Below are positions 16,350-26,800 of a stretch of 28,830 nucleotides of DNA, one piece after another. The position numbers were made by a program, and so were the translations under genes. The DNA lies in the NCBI GenBank assembly GCA_034722435.1, contig JAYENX010000025.1, forward strand, positions 1 through 28,830, given 5' to 3'. Under the pieces are notes generated by a model. It was not told the DNA's origin and made no database searches. It worked only from the letters and a program-made list of their open reading frames with translations. The stretch is from Nanobdellota archaeon (GTDB lineage: Archaea; Nanobdellota; Nanobdellia; Woesearchaeales; JAHWHD01). Numbering within the stretch: position 1 is the first letter of the stretch; every line of letters starts with the position of its first letter.

Positions 16350-16883
16350 ATGGCAAGATTAAAGAAGGCTACAGCACATACACAACTAAAGAGACCTTAT
16401 ACAAGAATCTCTAAGTTCAGAAAAAAATCTTATATACGTGCAAGGCCAAATATTACAATTGTAAAGTACGACATGGGCGATTCTTCTAAAGAATACCTTT
16501 ATAGGACAGATCTTCTATCAAATAAAGATTTGAACTTAAGGCATAACTGTCTAGAGAGCGCTCGTCAAACTTGTAACAGAGTACTTGAAAAAGGACTTGG
16601 TAAGAAAGCTTATCATTTTAAGATTAGAGTTTTTCCACACCATATTGTAAGAGAAAATCCTTTAGCAGCAGGAGCTGGAGCTGATAGAATGAGTACAGGT
16701 ATGAAGATGAGTTTTGGTAAGTGTATAGGTACGGCTGCGAGAGTTAAAAAGAACCAAATTATCATGTCTGTTTATTCTGATAAAAATGCTCTACCGACTG
16801 TAAAAACCGCTTTGAAAAGAGCAAACTCTAAGTTCCCGTGCAGTTGTAAACTTATAGAGAACAAGCTTGAGAAAAAAGAATAA
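16350..16883 (+). CDS. rpl10e: 50S ribosomal protein uL16 (L10e)
   Basis: True start MARLKK at 16350; RPYTR, LESAR, FPHHIVRENP, AGADRMSTGM and FGKxxGTAARV motifs. Confidence 0.96.
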   Translation: MARLKKATAHTQLKRPYTRISKFRKKSYIRARPNITIVKYDMGDSSKEYLYRTDLLSNKDLNLRHNCLESARQTCNRVLEKGLGKKAYHFKIRVFPHHIVRENPLAAGAGADRMSTGMKMSFGKCIGTAARVKKNQIIMSVYSDKNALPTVKTALKRANSKFPCSCKLIENKLEKKE

Positions 16884-16945
16884 ATTAATTCTATTTTCAT
16901 TTCTAACAAAATTTTTAATTTCTAATTAAATAATTGAGAACTATT

Positions 16946-17431
16946 TTAATTTGTTTTAACTTTTTTAACAACTTTATCCTTGCCTACCTCTTTAAGTAGC
17001 GCTTTCATTGTTTTGTTAGTAACAGGGTGCATAAAATCTGGCGCAATCTCGTTCATAGGCAAAAGAACAAACCTTCTATCAGGAATCTTAGTATGGGGAA
17101 TTTGAAGATTAAACTGTTCCATTATTTTATTTTCATAAAATAATAAATCCAAGTCCATAGTTATTTTTCCATACTTTACAGAACGTTGCCTCCCAAACTG
17201 GTCCTCGATCATTTGCAATTTTTTTAAAAGAAGTTCTGGTTCAAGATCTGTCTCAACTTCTATAACTGAATTAAAGAACCAATCATTGTACTTATATCCT
17301 ATAGGCTCAGCTTCATAAACACTGGACTTATTAGTGACATCAAACAAATTACTAAGAACTGTTGTTGCACGCATAATATTATTTTCTTTATTACCTGTGT
17401 TACTGCCGATCCCTATATACGCTTTAACCAT
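16946..17431 (-). CDS. folK: 6-hydroxymethyl-7,8-dihydropterin pyrophosphokinase (HPPK), bacterial type
   Basis: AYIGIGSNTG, SSVYE, FFNSV, DLDLL and IPH...RRFVLLP motifs; start at MVKAY (17431). Confidence 0.88.
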   Translation of the reverse strand: MVKAYIGIGSNTGNKENNIMRATTVLSNLFDVTNKSSVYEAEPIGYKYNDWFFNSVIEVETDLEPELLLKKLQMIEDQFGRQRSVKYGKITMDLDLLFYENKIMEQFNLQIPHTKIPDRRFVLLPMNEIAPDFMHPVTNKTMKALLKEVGKDKVVKKVKTN

Positions 17432-17523
17432 TTTAAAAAAAAAGAACAACCACCCCTTCTTAAAATATTTGTATTCTGTTTTATATATTTTTCTCTACTC
17501 GCGTAGGATAAATGTATACTGGT

Positions 17524-18471
17524 CTACGCTTTAATAATATTTTTAAGCTCAGATGCCTCTTTAACATCATACTTTTTCATAAACTCTTCAGCGTCCCCTT
17601 TCTTTAAAACATCTCTTTTACTCAGATAAAGATGAATTGGTTTCTTCATTCTCTTGAGAACTTTTAACAGTTTAACCTGATCATTTAATGGGAACGGTTC
17701 AGTTATATCAAACACATAGATTACTTCTTCAGCCAGATACTTTAATGCAAGATATGCGCTTTTTTCAATAGCGTTCATTTTATCAAACCTGTTAAGTGTC
17801 CCAGGTGTATCCAACAGCTGAACTTTTTTATGACCTACTTTCATGTAAGCAACATTTATACCTTTAGTTGTGAAAGGGTACGCAGCAATTTCAGGTTTAC
17901 TTCCTGATAACTTAGAAAGTAAAGTTGTCTTTCCTACATTAGGGAAGCCGAAGATTGCAACAGTTTTAATCCCTGTCTTGATAGCAGGGAAATCTTTCAT
18001 AACTTTCCTTGCAGTCTCTAAAAACTCCAGATTTTTCTTGATTTGTTTCACAACAGAACTAATCCTTCCGTAGTATTGTCGTCTATAATTATTTATAGCT
18101 TCTAGATGTTCAGTTCTTTTTATTTTGTTCTTGAACTCGTCAAAGAAATACATTACTTTACCTTTAGCCCAGTTAATTGCCCCTAACGATTTCTTTAAAT
18201 CTTTATACTCTAGATTGACTTTTATCAATTCTTTATAGAACTCTGGCAGGTCATCAAAAGCCGGGAAAGATTTAATTATAATATTAAAATGATCTTTTAA
18301 TGTGTTTTTTATCGAGTTAAGCTTAGCAGTCTCAATCCTTCTAGATTTATCTAGTCTAGTTCCCTTATCTTTTTGACCGCGCATTTCATCGCCTGCTTTC
18401 TTTGCTCTCGAGAATGCTAAATCTATGTAAAACATGTAATCCTCTATCTTGTTTAAAGTCTGAAAACTCAT
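17524..18471 (-). CDS. NOG1-family (Obg-like) GTPase
   Basis: GFPNVGKTT, YPFTTK, DTPG and SKRD motifs; helical N-terminal domain. Confidence 0.92.
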   Translation of the reverse strand: MSFQTLNKIEDYMFYIDLAFSRAKKAGDEMRGQKDKGTRLDKSRRIETAKLNSIKNTLKDHFNIIIKSFPAFDDLPEFYKELIKVNLEYKDLKKSLGAINWAKGKVMYFFDEFKNKIKRTEHLEAINNYRRQYYGRISSVVKQIKKNLEFLETARKVMKDFPAIKTGIKTVAIFGFPNVGKTTLLSKLSGSKPEIAAYPFTTKGINVAYMKVGHKKVQLLDTPGTLNRFDKMNAIEKSAYLALKYLAEEVIYVFDITEPFPLNDQVKLLKVLKRMKKPIHLYLSKRDVLKKGDAEEFMKKYDVKEASELKNIIKA

Positions 18472-18713
18472 TTTTTATGTAGCACCATTACACTGCCTAT
18501 CTTCTGGATAAGTTCTGCACCTGTTCGTTTTAAAATCTTTTCAATAATTTTAACTTTTTCTTCTGCAACACTTTTCATCAACTTTATCTTGATAAGTTTA
18601 TGGTGCTTAAGTTGTAACTTTATCTCGCTAATTAACGCTTCAGTCAAACCTGATTTACCTATCTGTACAGTGGGTTTAAGCAAATGTGCCTTGGATTTTA
18701 ATTCTTGTTTCAT
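18468..18713 (-). CDS. yhbY: YhbY/CRM RNA-binding protein
   Basis: LKSKAHLLKPTVQIGKSGLT...ELIQKIG; overlaps the GTPase start (ATGA). Confidence 0.9.
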   Translation of the reverse strand: MKQELKSKAHLLKPTVQIGKSGLTEALISEIKLQLKHHKLIKIKLMKSVAEEKVKIIEKILKRTGAELIQKIGSVMVLHKK

Positions 18714-18757
18714 TTTATTATAATTAAATAAAGAACTATATAAAGATTTTACTTATT

Positions 18758-21700
18758 TTACTTGTACTTATTTAATTCTTTTAACAATTCCCGTTCATTC
18801 ACTGCGTACCATGGTGCAAATGGCGGACCAGTAGTTTTATCATCTGGAGATGTACCTTCTTTTAACCTATGATTATTCATAACTGATAATTCTGTAGGCC
18901 TTACCCAGTTAGCACACTCTTCTGAACAATCACCACCACAACCTTTGAAATAGTTAACATTTTGATCAGATGCGGCAATATCTCCCCATCCAGTTTGTGC
19001 GCTTGCCATTGTCTTTCTACAGTTCGGGCCAGTGCTTCCACCAAACAAGATATCTTCCACAATTCCATTTACATCATTAGCAGTTTTAAAATTATAGTAC
19101 TCGTCAGCAAGTTTTCCGAAACTATGTCCAAACTCGTGCGTTACCAATCTACCCGGATATGAATCCATTATTGAACAATAAGAAAATCCATCAAATGTTG
19201 CATGCGACCTGTACGAATATTTTGATAATACTACAACATAATCATAACCTTGACATTTCATAGCAATGTGATGGACATCTGTTACGCTTGGAACCCATCC
19301 GAAAGAAGAAATGTCATCTCGTTTATTATGACTTATTTCGTTACCTACTACGGTGTACCATATATTAAATCTTTCTTTATGAGATTTAAACGGTTCAATT
19401 GAGAACAAACCTTCATTGTTAGTACTCCCTCTTATACCTTCGTAATCAATGAAATTTTCAATATCCCCTATCAACTCACTATCATAAAAATATCCGTCTC
19501 CTATAAATAAAATATCAGCTTTATCGTGCTGATTACCATTAGTTATCAAAGCTTTACATCTTTGATCACTCGATATTTCCACAGGATCGCATTCATATTG
19601 TGTACTCATTGGCGCATTTTCAATATCTTTTACCTCGATATCAATATTAACTCTTCCAGCCCAAATACCTATCAATAATCCTGGAATTCCCCCTCCTAGT
19701 ACAGAGCCACTTATCAATTTCCCTATTGCGAACCCTGCACCCATAATTCCTGCCTTTTTTCCTGTTGAGATGTCTGCCTCTTTTTTAACTTCTTCATTAA
19801 TATATTGTTGAAACGTATATTTCGCATCTGCAAACACTGGATTATTATACATGGTTTCTCGTAACGCATCTCCTGGGCAGATAGTATCTTTGGCCACACA
19901 TCCATAATCTTCTTCGAGAACGCAAACATTTGTATTATCTAATTCTTTTCTTGCATTTTTTTCTGCTATCTTTTTTGTAATCGGGAAACCACTTGCTTTA
20001 ACATCTATCCAGTTACCTACATTAAAAGTTTTATAATCATCACCACAGTCCATGTTATAGCCATAATCATATTCATTCACTAAACACTTTAAACCTGTAG
20101 TTTCAATAGTTGTATAACATTTACCATCATCTTTACAAGTCCAGTCGTCAGGACAACCGCACTGTTGACAGTTCTGTTCAATCGTTGCTGCAGAATTACA
20201 ATATTCTGGTTTATTCTCTAAACATTTGTTATATATGGCTGCATTTCTTCCTGTACTGCTATCGTACCCATAACAATTGACTCTAAAATCACACTTTTGT
20301 GAACAACTTCCGCCACAGTCAACACCTTCTTCTCCATAATTTTGTATCTTATCATTACAATGATATAAACATACAGCTTCGCCTCGATCTGTTACTATAC
20401 ATGTTGAATCCTCTCCACATTTCTTCTGGTTACAATCACAACCACGCCAATCAACTGCTCCTGTTGAATCCGGACATTCATCTTTATCATCAGGCACGCC
20501 ATCCTGGTCAGCATCTTCAAAGTTATCATCGGACCCTTCAACAATTATTTCAAAGCTAGTGTATATCTGGTCATCTTCAAGTATGAATTTCTCGACAACC
20601 TGTCCGTTAACGGTTACAATTGCAGTATCCCCTTCAAAACCGTTTATTTTTATCTCGTCAAACTCTCCATTTTCAACAGTTCCTTTATAGAATACATCAT
20701 TCACTTCAATGGAAATCTCCCCGTTATATGGTTTACTGTCAGTATAGTGCACAGTTCCATCAACATAATACGTTACAGGTCTTGGACCTTGCTCTCGTAT
20801 ATTCATATTAACCTGCATCCGTCCAATATCTTTTTCTCCATAGTATATTGGAAAATATTGCTGTTCGTCCATTTCCATTAATCTAAACGTGAATTTTGCA
20901 GCTGCTTCGTCAAGTTTAGCTTTAACCATCACTTCTATATGCTCCTCAGTTATAGAAATTTCATCCTCAGAAAACTCTGCAATAAGCTCGATAGGCGTAT
21001 TCATCCTAACCATATCATTATCTTCTAAACTAATGATTAAAGATGGGTCTTGCACTCTGAAAATGCATGCACTTACATTATACGGTTGATTGTTGGAGTC
21101 ATAATATTGCCAGATACTTACATAGTCTAAAACCAGTTCAGCATCATTAATCTTAACAACTGTGTCAAAATTAAAATCATATACTTCTCCACTAATATTA
21201 ATTTTGCAAGATTCATGAACTACTGCTTCAATATAACTAACCTCCATAACTTCGTCTTTAATCTCTAAATTATAATTACTTTCATTTGTTACTGAAATAT
21301 ACTTATTTCTATAAATACTTGCATCTCTAAAAGTTTCAACATTATACAACTGCTTATTTTCGCTTAAACCTTTGAATTCCATATCTAAGTATCCTGCAAG
21401 TTCAACATCATCTTTTGTGATTTTTAAGACACATTCTTGAACCGCACCTTCGTCTCTGTAATAAGCATCCGTAACCTCAACCCTGAAACCTGGATCATTT
21501 ATTTGATCGTTAAGTTTTAAAGAATAAACTTTTCCGTCAATACTAACATTACAAATCCACGGATCTTTTTCAACACTTTTAAGCACGAATTCATGTTCTT
21601 TACCATCAATATACGTATTAAATTCTTGGTCTTTTCTTAAATAAAAATTGTTTGATAAATAATCACTATACAGATTAAAAGTTTCACTAATTTCATTATC

Positions 21701-23902
21701 TGTACTTGGAAGATATAAATTATAGAAATTCACTTCAATTTCAATATCTTCAATAATATATGCTGGTTCGATAGGCTCTATAACTACGGGTTCTTCTTCA
21801 ACATAACATGCAACTGTTAAATTTTCTAAATCGCCCATCACTACAGCCATATCACATTTAAGATTAAACTCTTTAACATTAGAAATTGCTCTTGCAGCTT
21901 TCCTGACGCTTTCATCATCAACACCCGTAACTATAAGTATCCAGTTATTTCCGTTCTTAGTAAGTATTAAGTACCCTTCACCAGGTTTCATGTCTGGCAG
22001 TTTCGGGAAATCATTAATAAAGTTATTATTTGCAGGAGTTCCTATTAATATAAAACTCTGATCAAAGTTTATTACATCTTTTTCAAATACAACCGTATCT
22101 GATGAATATTGGTCTCGCGTTACTTCTTGTATTGAAGATAAAATTTCAGAAGCGCCGATAATTGTACTACTGCTCGCTTCATTCCCAACAACAATCTGCC
22201 AGTTCTTTCCTATGAACATCTCAGGAAAATGTCCTAAATCATAATCTCTCTCATATTCTTCACAAGGACATGTCCCTTCGCAATCTATCATTGTGAAATG
22301 TTTTGCAAAACAATCGTTAGTATAAGTTTCTCCATTATAACCGCATACTGGTTTGTAAGTACTTGGACAAAAAGTTTGATTAGTTTTACAAGTATTTGTT
22401 AAACAACCATCATCAGCTATTTCACAACCATACTCACACTCGCCAGGACAAAGCATTACTTCGCAAGGTTCATTTTCTTGGCCGATACATTTACCTTCTT
22501 CACAGCCATTAGGACAATCAAAAGTTATCTCATCGATTCTATTTTCAGGATCACAAGTAAACTCCATCAACCTTTCTCTGTGGCAAGCATCTCTCGCTTC
22601 AGTAATATTTAATATAATATAATTTTCAATATTATTAATAGAAATAAATGAAATCTTTTCAACTTTTGCTTTGAACCAAAGAATGTTAATCTCTTCTCCA
22701 AGAACTAAATTATGATCCACAGAATCAATCCTAAAAGTTGCAGTTGTTGAAGAATGTACAACTACTCCATCGCGATCATCTTCTCTTAACCCCGACTCTT
22801 CAAGTTTTTCTATCATTGGCTCAAAATTTGTTACAATTCCTCGTTCATAATAATTAATGCCGCCATCACTATCACTGCAAACTTCACTTAAACATACACC
22901 GTCTCCGCACTCGCATTCAACATGCGCATAATTCATAATGCCATCTTTACAAAAATATTCCGTAAGAGTGCCTTCTTCACATTCATCAGTTCTTTTTATG
23001 ACCTCTCCATCATAACTTGGAGAAGATATAAACAATGCAACCCCCTCAGCTGAACCTTTTTCATAAAAATCCTTCCCTTCATCACTATCAGTACACTCTT
23101 CAACACATTTACCATTAATACAAAGTTCTGGACAAGTGTATGTCTCACTTTTAATATCCCCATCTTCGCAATAATACTCTACTAACCCTTTTCCTTTTGC
23201 AACAACATCTGAGCAAATATCCTTAGCAACCCCTTCAGCTGACGAAGTTGTACCTTGTACTGTATAATCAAGACCATTATCGGAGTCAACACACTCTGCT
23301 GCACAGACACCTTCACTACAACCGTTTGCACAAGTGTAAAGTACAGGTATTCCATTACCCTCTTCACAGTAAAGTTCCCTTAATGTGTTGGCAATACACA
23401 TGTCAGTGTCAATAGGTGAGGAAAGGTGATCTTCAATTTTTCCTCTTACAAAATAGTTAATTCCATTATCAGAATCGAAACATTCCTGGCCAGGTTCTGG
23501 AGAAACAACACAGTTTGCAGGATTACAATCTTCAACACAGCTAATGCATTCATCTTCATCACAAATCCCGTTACCGCAAGCAGTCTCAAGACACGCGCCA
23601 TCAACACATCCAAATTTACATTCAAATATTTGCGGAACTCCAAACCCCGTATCTTCACAATACCCTTCAATTATCGCATTTTCAAGAGTGTAACCTGTTG
23701 GCAAGGATGTTGAATAACTTGAATCATCTTTTGCACACGTATCGTTCATATTAAATGTTATAGAACTACTACCAATCTTAACATCTGTTGTAAATCCACG
23801 TTCAAATAAATTTATACCGCCATCAGAATCAACACAGTTCTGTGCATAAGCTAAACCTGTTAAAATAATTACAAGGACCGTAATCAGAATTATTTTTTTC
23901 AT
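18758..23902 (-). CDS. Giant Cys-rich surface protein with C-terminal M64-type metallopeptidase
   Basis: Signal peptide MKKIILITVLVIILTGLAYA; five CxDSDxG repeats; Kazal-like unit; TSP3-like DADQDGVPDDKDEC; ILFIGDGY and HEFGHSFGKLADEY (about 19097-19138); ATG 23902 favoured by the SD and the ATGA overlap. Confidence 0.88.
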   Translation of the reverse strand: MKKIILITVLVIILTGLAYAQNCVDSDGGINLFERGFTTDVKIGSSSITFNMNDTCAKDDSSYSTSLPTGYTLENAIIEGYCEDTGFGVPQIFECKFGCVDGACLETACGNGICDEDECISCVEDCNPANCVVSPEPGQECFDSDNGINYFVRGKIEDHLSSPIDTDMCIANTLRELYCEEGNGIPVLYTCANGCSEGVCAAECVDSDNGLDYTVQGTTSSAEGVAKDICSDVVAKGKGLVEYYCEDGDIKSETYTCPELCINGKCVEECTDSDEGKDFYEKGSAEGVALFISSPSYDGEVIKRTDECEEGTLTEYFCKDGIMNYAHVECECGDGVCLSEVCSDSDGGINYYERGIVTNFEPMIEKLEESGLREDDRDGVVVHSSTTATFRIDSVDHNLVLGEEINILWFKAKVEKISFISINNIENYIILNITEARDACHRERLMEFTCDPENRIDEITFDCPNGCEEGKCIGQENEPCEVMLCPGECEYGCEIADDGCLTNTCKTNQTFCPSTYKPVCGYNGETYTNDCFAKHFTMIDCEGTCPCEEYERDYDLGHFPEMFIGKNWQIVVGNEASSSTIIGASEILSSIQEVTRDQYSSDTVVFEKDVINFDQSFILIGTPANNNFINDFPKLPDMKPGEGYLILTKNGNNWILIVTGVDDESVRKAARAISNVKEFNLKCDMAVVMGDLENLTVACYVEEEPVVIEPIEPAYIIEDIEIEVNFYNLYLPSTDNEISETFNLYSDYLSNNFYLRKDQEFNTYIDGKEHEFVLKSVEKDPWICNVSIDGKVYSLKLNDQINDPGFRVEVTDAYYRDEGAVQECVLKITKDDVELAGYLDMEFKGLSENKQLYNVETFRDASIYRNKYISVTNESNYNLEIKDEVMEVSYIEAVVHESCKINISGEVYDFNFDTVVKINDAELVLDYVSIWQYYDSNNQPYNVSACIFRVQDPSLIISLEDNDMVRMNTPIELIAEFSEDEISITEEHIEVMVKAKLDEAAAKFTFRLMEMDEQQYFPIYYGEKDIGRMQVNMNIREQGPRPVTYYVDGTVHYTDSKPYNGEISIEVNDVFYKGTVENGEFDEIKINGFEGDTAIVTVNGQVVEKFILEDDQIYTSFEIIVEGSDDNFEDADQDGVPDDKDECPDSTGAVDWRGCDCNQKKCGEDSTCIVTDRGEAVCLYHCNDKIQNYGEEGVDCGGSCSQKCDFRVNCYGYDSSTGRNAAIYNKCLENKPEYCNSAATIEQNCQQCGCPDDWTCKDDGKCYTTIETTGLKCLVNEYDYGYNMDCGDDYKTFNVGNWIDVKASGFPITKKIAEKNARKELDNTNVCVLEEDYGCVAKDTICPGDALRETMYNNPVFADAKYTFQQYINEEVKKEADISTGKKAGIMGAGFAIGKLISGSVLGGGIPGLLIGIWAGRVNIDIEVKDIENAPMSTQYECDPVEISSDQRCKALITNGNQHDKADILFIGDGYFYDSELIGDIENFIDYEGIRGSTNNEGLFSIEPFKSHKERFNIWYTVVGNEISHNKRDDISSFGWVPSVTDVHHIAMKCQGYDYVVVLSKYSYRSHATFDGFSYCSIMDSYPGRLVTHEFGHSFGKLADEYYNFKTANDVNGIVEDILFGGSTGPNCRKTMASAQTGWGDIAASDQNVNYFKGCGGDCSEECANWVRPTELSVMNNHRLKEGTSPDDKTTGPPFAPWYAVNERELLKELNKYK

Positions 23903-24735
23903 CCTATACAATCACCTGCTAACCGTACATTCTTTACAGCAAACATAAACCTGAACGGTAGTTTTGCTTCTTCTAAAGGTTTAGCATCTACAAATGTGAC
24001 TGCATAATCCCAGAATATTTTTTCATCAGACACATAAATGTTTAACAATTTATCAGGTGTTGCATACTTGTTACAATCATTGAACACATTATATTCTTTT
24101 TTATCTTTTACATTATCTATAAACTTCTTAACTTTATCATATACTATCCCAAACCGTACATTAATCTTTGTTGTATATTTCTCTAGCAGTACTACCTGAC
24201 CACCTTTCACAAGTTGAATCGGGTATGTAAGTTCAAAGAATACATCATCAGCATTAATGCTCGCATAAGAATCCACATGCGACGGTTTTATCACTTCCCA
24301 TCCTTGCTCTTCAAACATTGTAAAGTCTAAACATTCATGTATTTCTGCAAGAACATAGTTAGAAAGCATCTTTTCAATATCTTCTTCGCTTCTCAATAAA
24401 ACATTTTCACCATCGTACACATAAGAGAGTACAGAACCGTAGTCAGAATAATAATGTACCTGGAAAACTCTTCCATCTCCTGGCTCGCCATATTTAGGAT
24501 TACCATTAGTGTTTAAGTAACCAGAGTTCAGACCTGCGATGTATACAGCACTTCCTGCAACACTTTCAAGACACCCTTTTACATATACATCGAGAGATTG
24601 TTGCTCAGGTGTCAAAAGAATTTCTTCTTCAATCATTTGAGGCTTACTTATGTAATTTATATACAAACTAACCCCAACTAGAACTGCCACAAGTAAAGCT
24701 ATGATTATAAATAGAGTTATCTGGCCCCTTTTCAT
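23899..24735 (-). CDS. Class III signal-peptide (pilin-like) protein
   Basis: MKRG|QITLFIIIALLVAVLVG; YVKGCLE motif; stop overlaps the start of the giant gene. Confidence 0.85.
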   Translation of the reverse strand: MKRGQITLFIIIALLVAVLVGVSLYINYISKPQMIEEEILLTPEQQSLDVYVKGCLESVAGSAVYIAGLNSGYLNTNGNPKYGEPGDGRVFQVHYYSDYGSVLSYVYDGENVLLRSEEDIEKMLSNYVLAEIHECLDFTMFEEQGWEVIKPSHVDSYASINADDVFFELTYPIQLVKGGQVVLLEKYTTKINVRFGIVYDKVKKFIDNVKDKKEYNVFNDCNKYATPDKLLNIYVSDEKIFWDYAVTFVDAKPLEEAKLPFRFMFAVKNVRLAGDCIG

Positions 24736-24840
24736 ATTCTGGTATTTATATAACTATATTATATAAACTTTTGTTCAAATAATTTAATTTCTATATTGAA
24801 ATTAACAATCTTTAAATAGGCTACTAAATTAATTCAAACT

Positions 24841-25869
24841 ATGCTAACAGATGAAGATTATAAGAAAATACGTGAAGAGCTTGATTCATGCACTAATCCA
24901 TTGTTTTTGTTTGACGATGATGCGGACGGTCTTTGTAGTTTCTTACTTCTTTATAGATATCTAAGAGAGGGTAAAGGAGTTTGCGTAAAATCTAAACCAA
25001 TGGTCGATATAAAATATGCAGCCAAGGTTGAAGAACATCGCCCTGACAAAGTTTTTATTCTTGACAAACCTCTTGTTAATCAAGACTTTTTAGATAAAAT
25101 TAAAGTACCTGTTATCTGGGTAGACCATCACGAACCTGTTGACAGGGACCGTGTTAAGTATTTTAATCCGCGATTAAAAGGTGAACATTCACCTGTAACC
25201 TATATCTGTTATAGGGTTGTGAAACAAGATATATGGCTTGGAATGGTGGGAAGTGTTGCAGATTGGTACATGCCAGATTTTAAAGACGAATTCATTAAAC
25301 AATATCCTGAATATCTTCCAAAGAAAATAAAGAAACCTGAAGACGCTCTTTTTACTACACAATTAGGTTTACTGATAAAAATTATTTCGTTTTGTCTAAA
25401 AGGTCGAACTACGGACGTAAAACGATTCTTTAAAACAATGACAAGGATAAACCATCCTGATGAAATCATTAAACAAACCACTCCTCAAGGTAAATTTATC
25501 TACAAACGTTATGAACAGATTGATGTGGAGTTCCAGCCATTGCTTAAACGGGCAAGAACTGTTGCTAAACAATCAAAAGATAAACTTATACTCTTTAAAT
25601 ATACTGAGAACAAGATGAGTTTTTCCCAAGAACTTTCTAACTTAATACTTTATGAAAACCCTGAAAAGGTAACAATCATTGCCAGGAATAAGTCGGGAGA
25701 GTTTAAATGTTCTTTACGTTCTTCAGGAAAGACCGAGATTGCAACAATTCTTAAAAAAGCGTTAATCGGAATAAAAGGTTACGGTGGCGGTCACGCACAT
25801 GCATGCGGTGCATGTATTGACGCAGAACATTTTCCGCAATTTATTGAGAATATCAGGATGCAACTTTAA
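24841..25869 (+). CDS. DHH/DHHA1 family phosphoesterase
   Basis: DDDADG, FILD, DHH and GGGHAHACG motifs. Confidence 0.9.
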   Translation: MLTDEDYKKIREELDSCTNPLFLFDDDADGLCSFLLLYRYLREGKGVCVKSKPMVDIKYAAKVEEHRPDKVFILDKPLVNQDFLDKIKVPVIWVDHHEPVDRDRVKYFNPRLKGEHSPVTYICYRVVKQDIWLGMVGSVADWYMPDFKDEFIKQYPEYLPKKIKKPEDALFTTQLGLLIKIISFCLKGRTTDVKRFFKTMTRINHPDEIIKQTTPQGKFIYKRYEQIDVEFQPLLKRARTVAKQSKDKLILFKYTENKMSFSQELSNLILYENPEKVTIIARNKSGEFKCSLRSSGKTEIATILKKALIGIKGYGGGHAHACGACIDAEHFPQFIENIRMQL

Positions 25870-26734
25870 TACTTGTTGTTGCTTGATTATTTTTTTTATT
25901 AATTTCTCTGTCAACATTTTTGAACATATCGATTAGCTCTTTTGCATTAGGCCGATCTTTTGGTTTTTTCTGACAACATTCTTTAATTATCGAGTTAAGT
26001 CCAGAGGATGCTTCATTAGTTTCAGGTATTTCAGTGTCTCCATGTTTTTTAATAATTTCACCTATTGTTCCTTTGAACGGTAACGTGCCTGAAATGATTT
26101 GGTAAATAGTTATACCGAACGAATAAATGTCAGATTTTGGAGAGTATTGTTCATTAAAATTTTCTGGCGCCATGTATTGCGGAGTTCCCAAGATTAAACC
26201 TTCTTGAGTCATGAACGAATCCTCTTTAGGTTGTAACAATTTCGCAATCCCAAAATCGCTTAAAAGATGTGTACCGTTGTTTGTAGATATTATATTTTCA
26301 GGTTTAATATCTCTATGAACAATTCCTTTACGGCTGAGATAGAGTAATGCAGATGTTATATCTGTACCAATTTTTATGACTCTTTTTTCAAGATTTACAA
26401 TTTCTACCCCATATTCTCTCGCTTTAATGTTGATTGTGCAAGATGCCCCGTCTCCTAACTGCATTAAATAAAATGGCCGACCTTTAAACAATCCACTACC
26501 CTGATATTTTACAATATTGGAATGACTAAGACTTTTTAGAATTTGAATCTCTCTATTGAACCTTCCTACACTCTCTTCAGGAAGTTCAATATTAAGTAAC
26601 TTTAGTGCATGTTTTGTATGTGATGTTAAATCTTTCACTACATATACTGAGCCCATGTTACCCGAGCCCAGATACCTTTCAATTAAATAATTACCAATCT
26701 TTTTTCCATTACTTAATTCTGCAGTTCTTCCCAT
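25853..26734 (-). CDS. Hanks-type Ser/Thr protein kinase (Pkn-like)
   Basis: LGSGNMGSVY, ALK, REIQIL, HRDIKPEN, DFG, GTPQYMAPE and SDIYSFG motifs. Confidence 0.95.
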   Translation of the reverse strand: MGRTAELSNGKKIGNYLIERYLGSGNMGSVYVVKDLTSHTKHALKLLNIELPEESVGRFNREIQILKSLSHSNIVKYQGSGLFKGRPFYLMQLGDGASCTINIKAREYGVEIVNLEKRVIKIGTDITSALLYLSRKGIVHRDIKPENIISTNNGTHLLSDFGIAKLLQPKEDSFMTQEGLILGTPQYMAPENFNEQYSPKSDIYSFGITIYQIISGTLPFKGTIGEIIKKHGDTEIPETNEASSGLNSIIKECCQKKPKDRPNAKELIDMFKNVDREINKKNNQATTSIKVAS

Positions 26735-26800
26735 GATCCGTTTAGTTGTTAGTTTTATTTAAAGATTAGCTTTAAATAATTCCTCGTCTTTTTTTAAATT

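Noticed and set aside
1684-25481. Numerous 60-142 aa antisense or nested ORFs in the track (e.g. 3709..4032, 8395..8820, 10340..10672, 15287..15715, 25209..25481)
   Set aside because: They are shadows of well-supported genes and lack motifs or SD sites.
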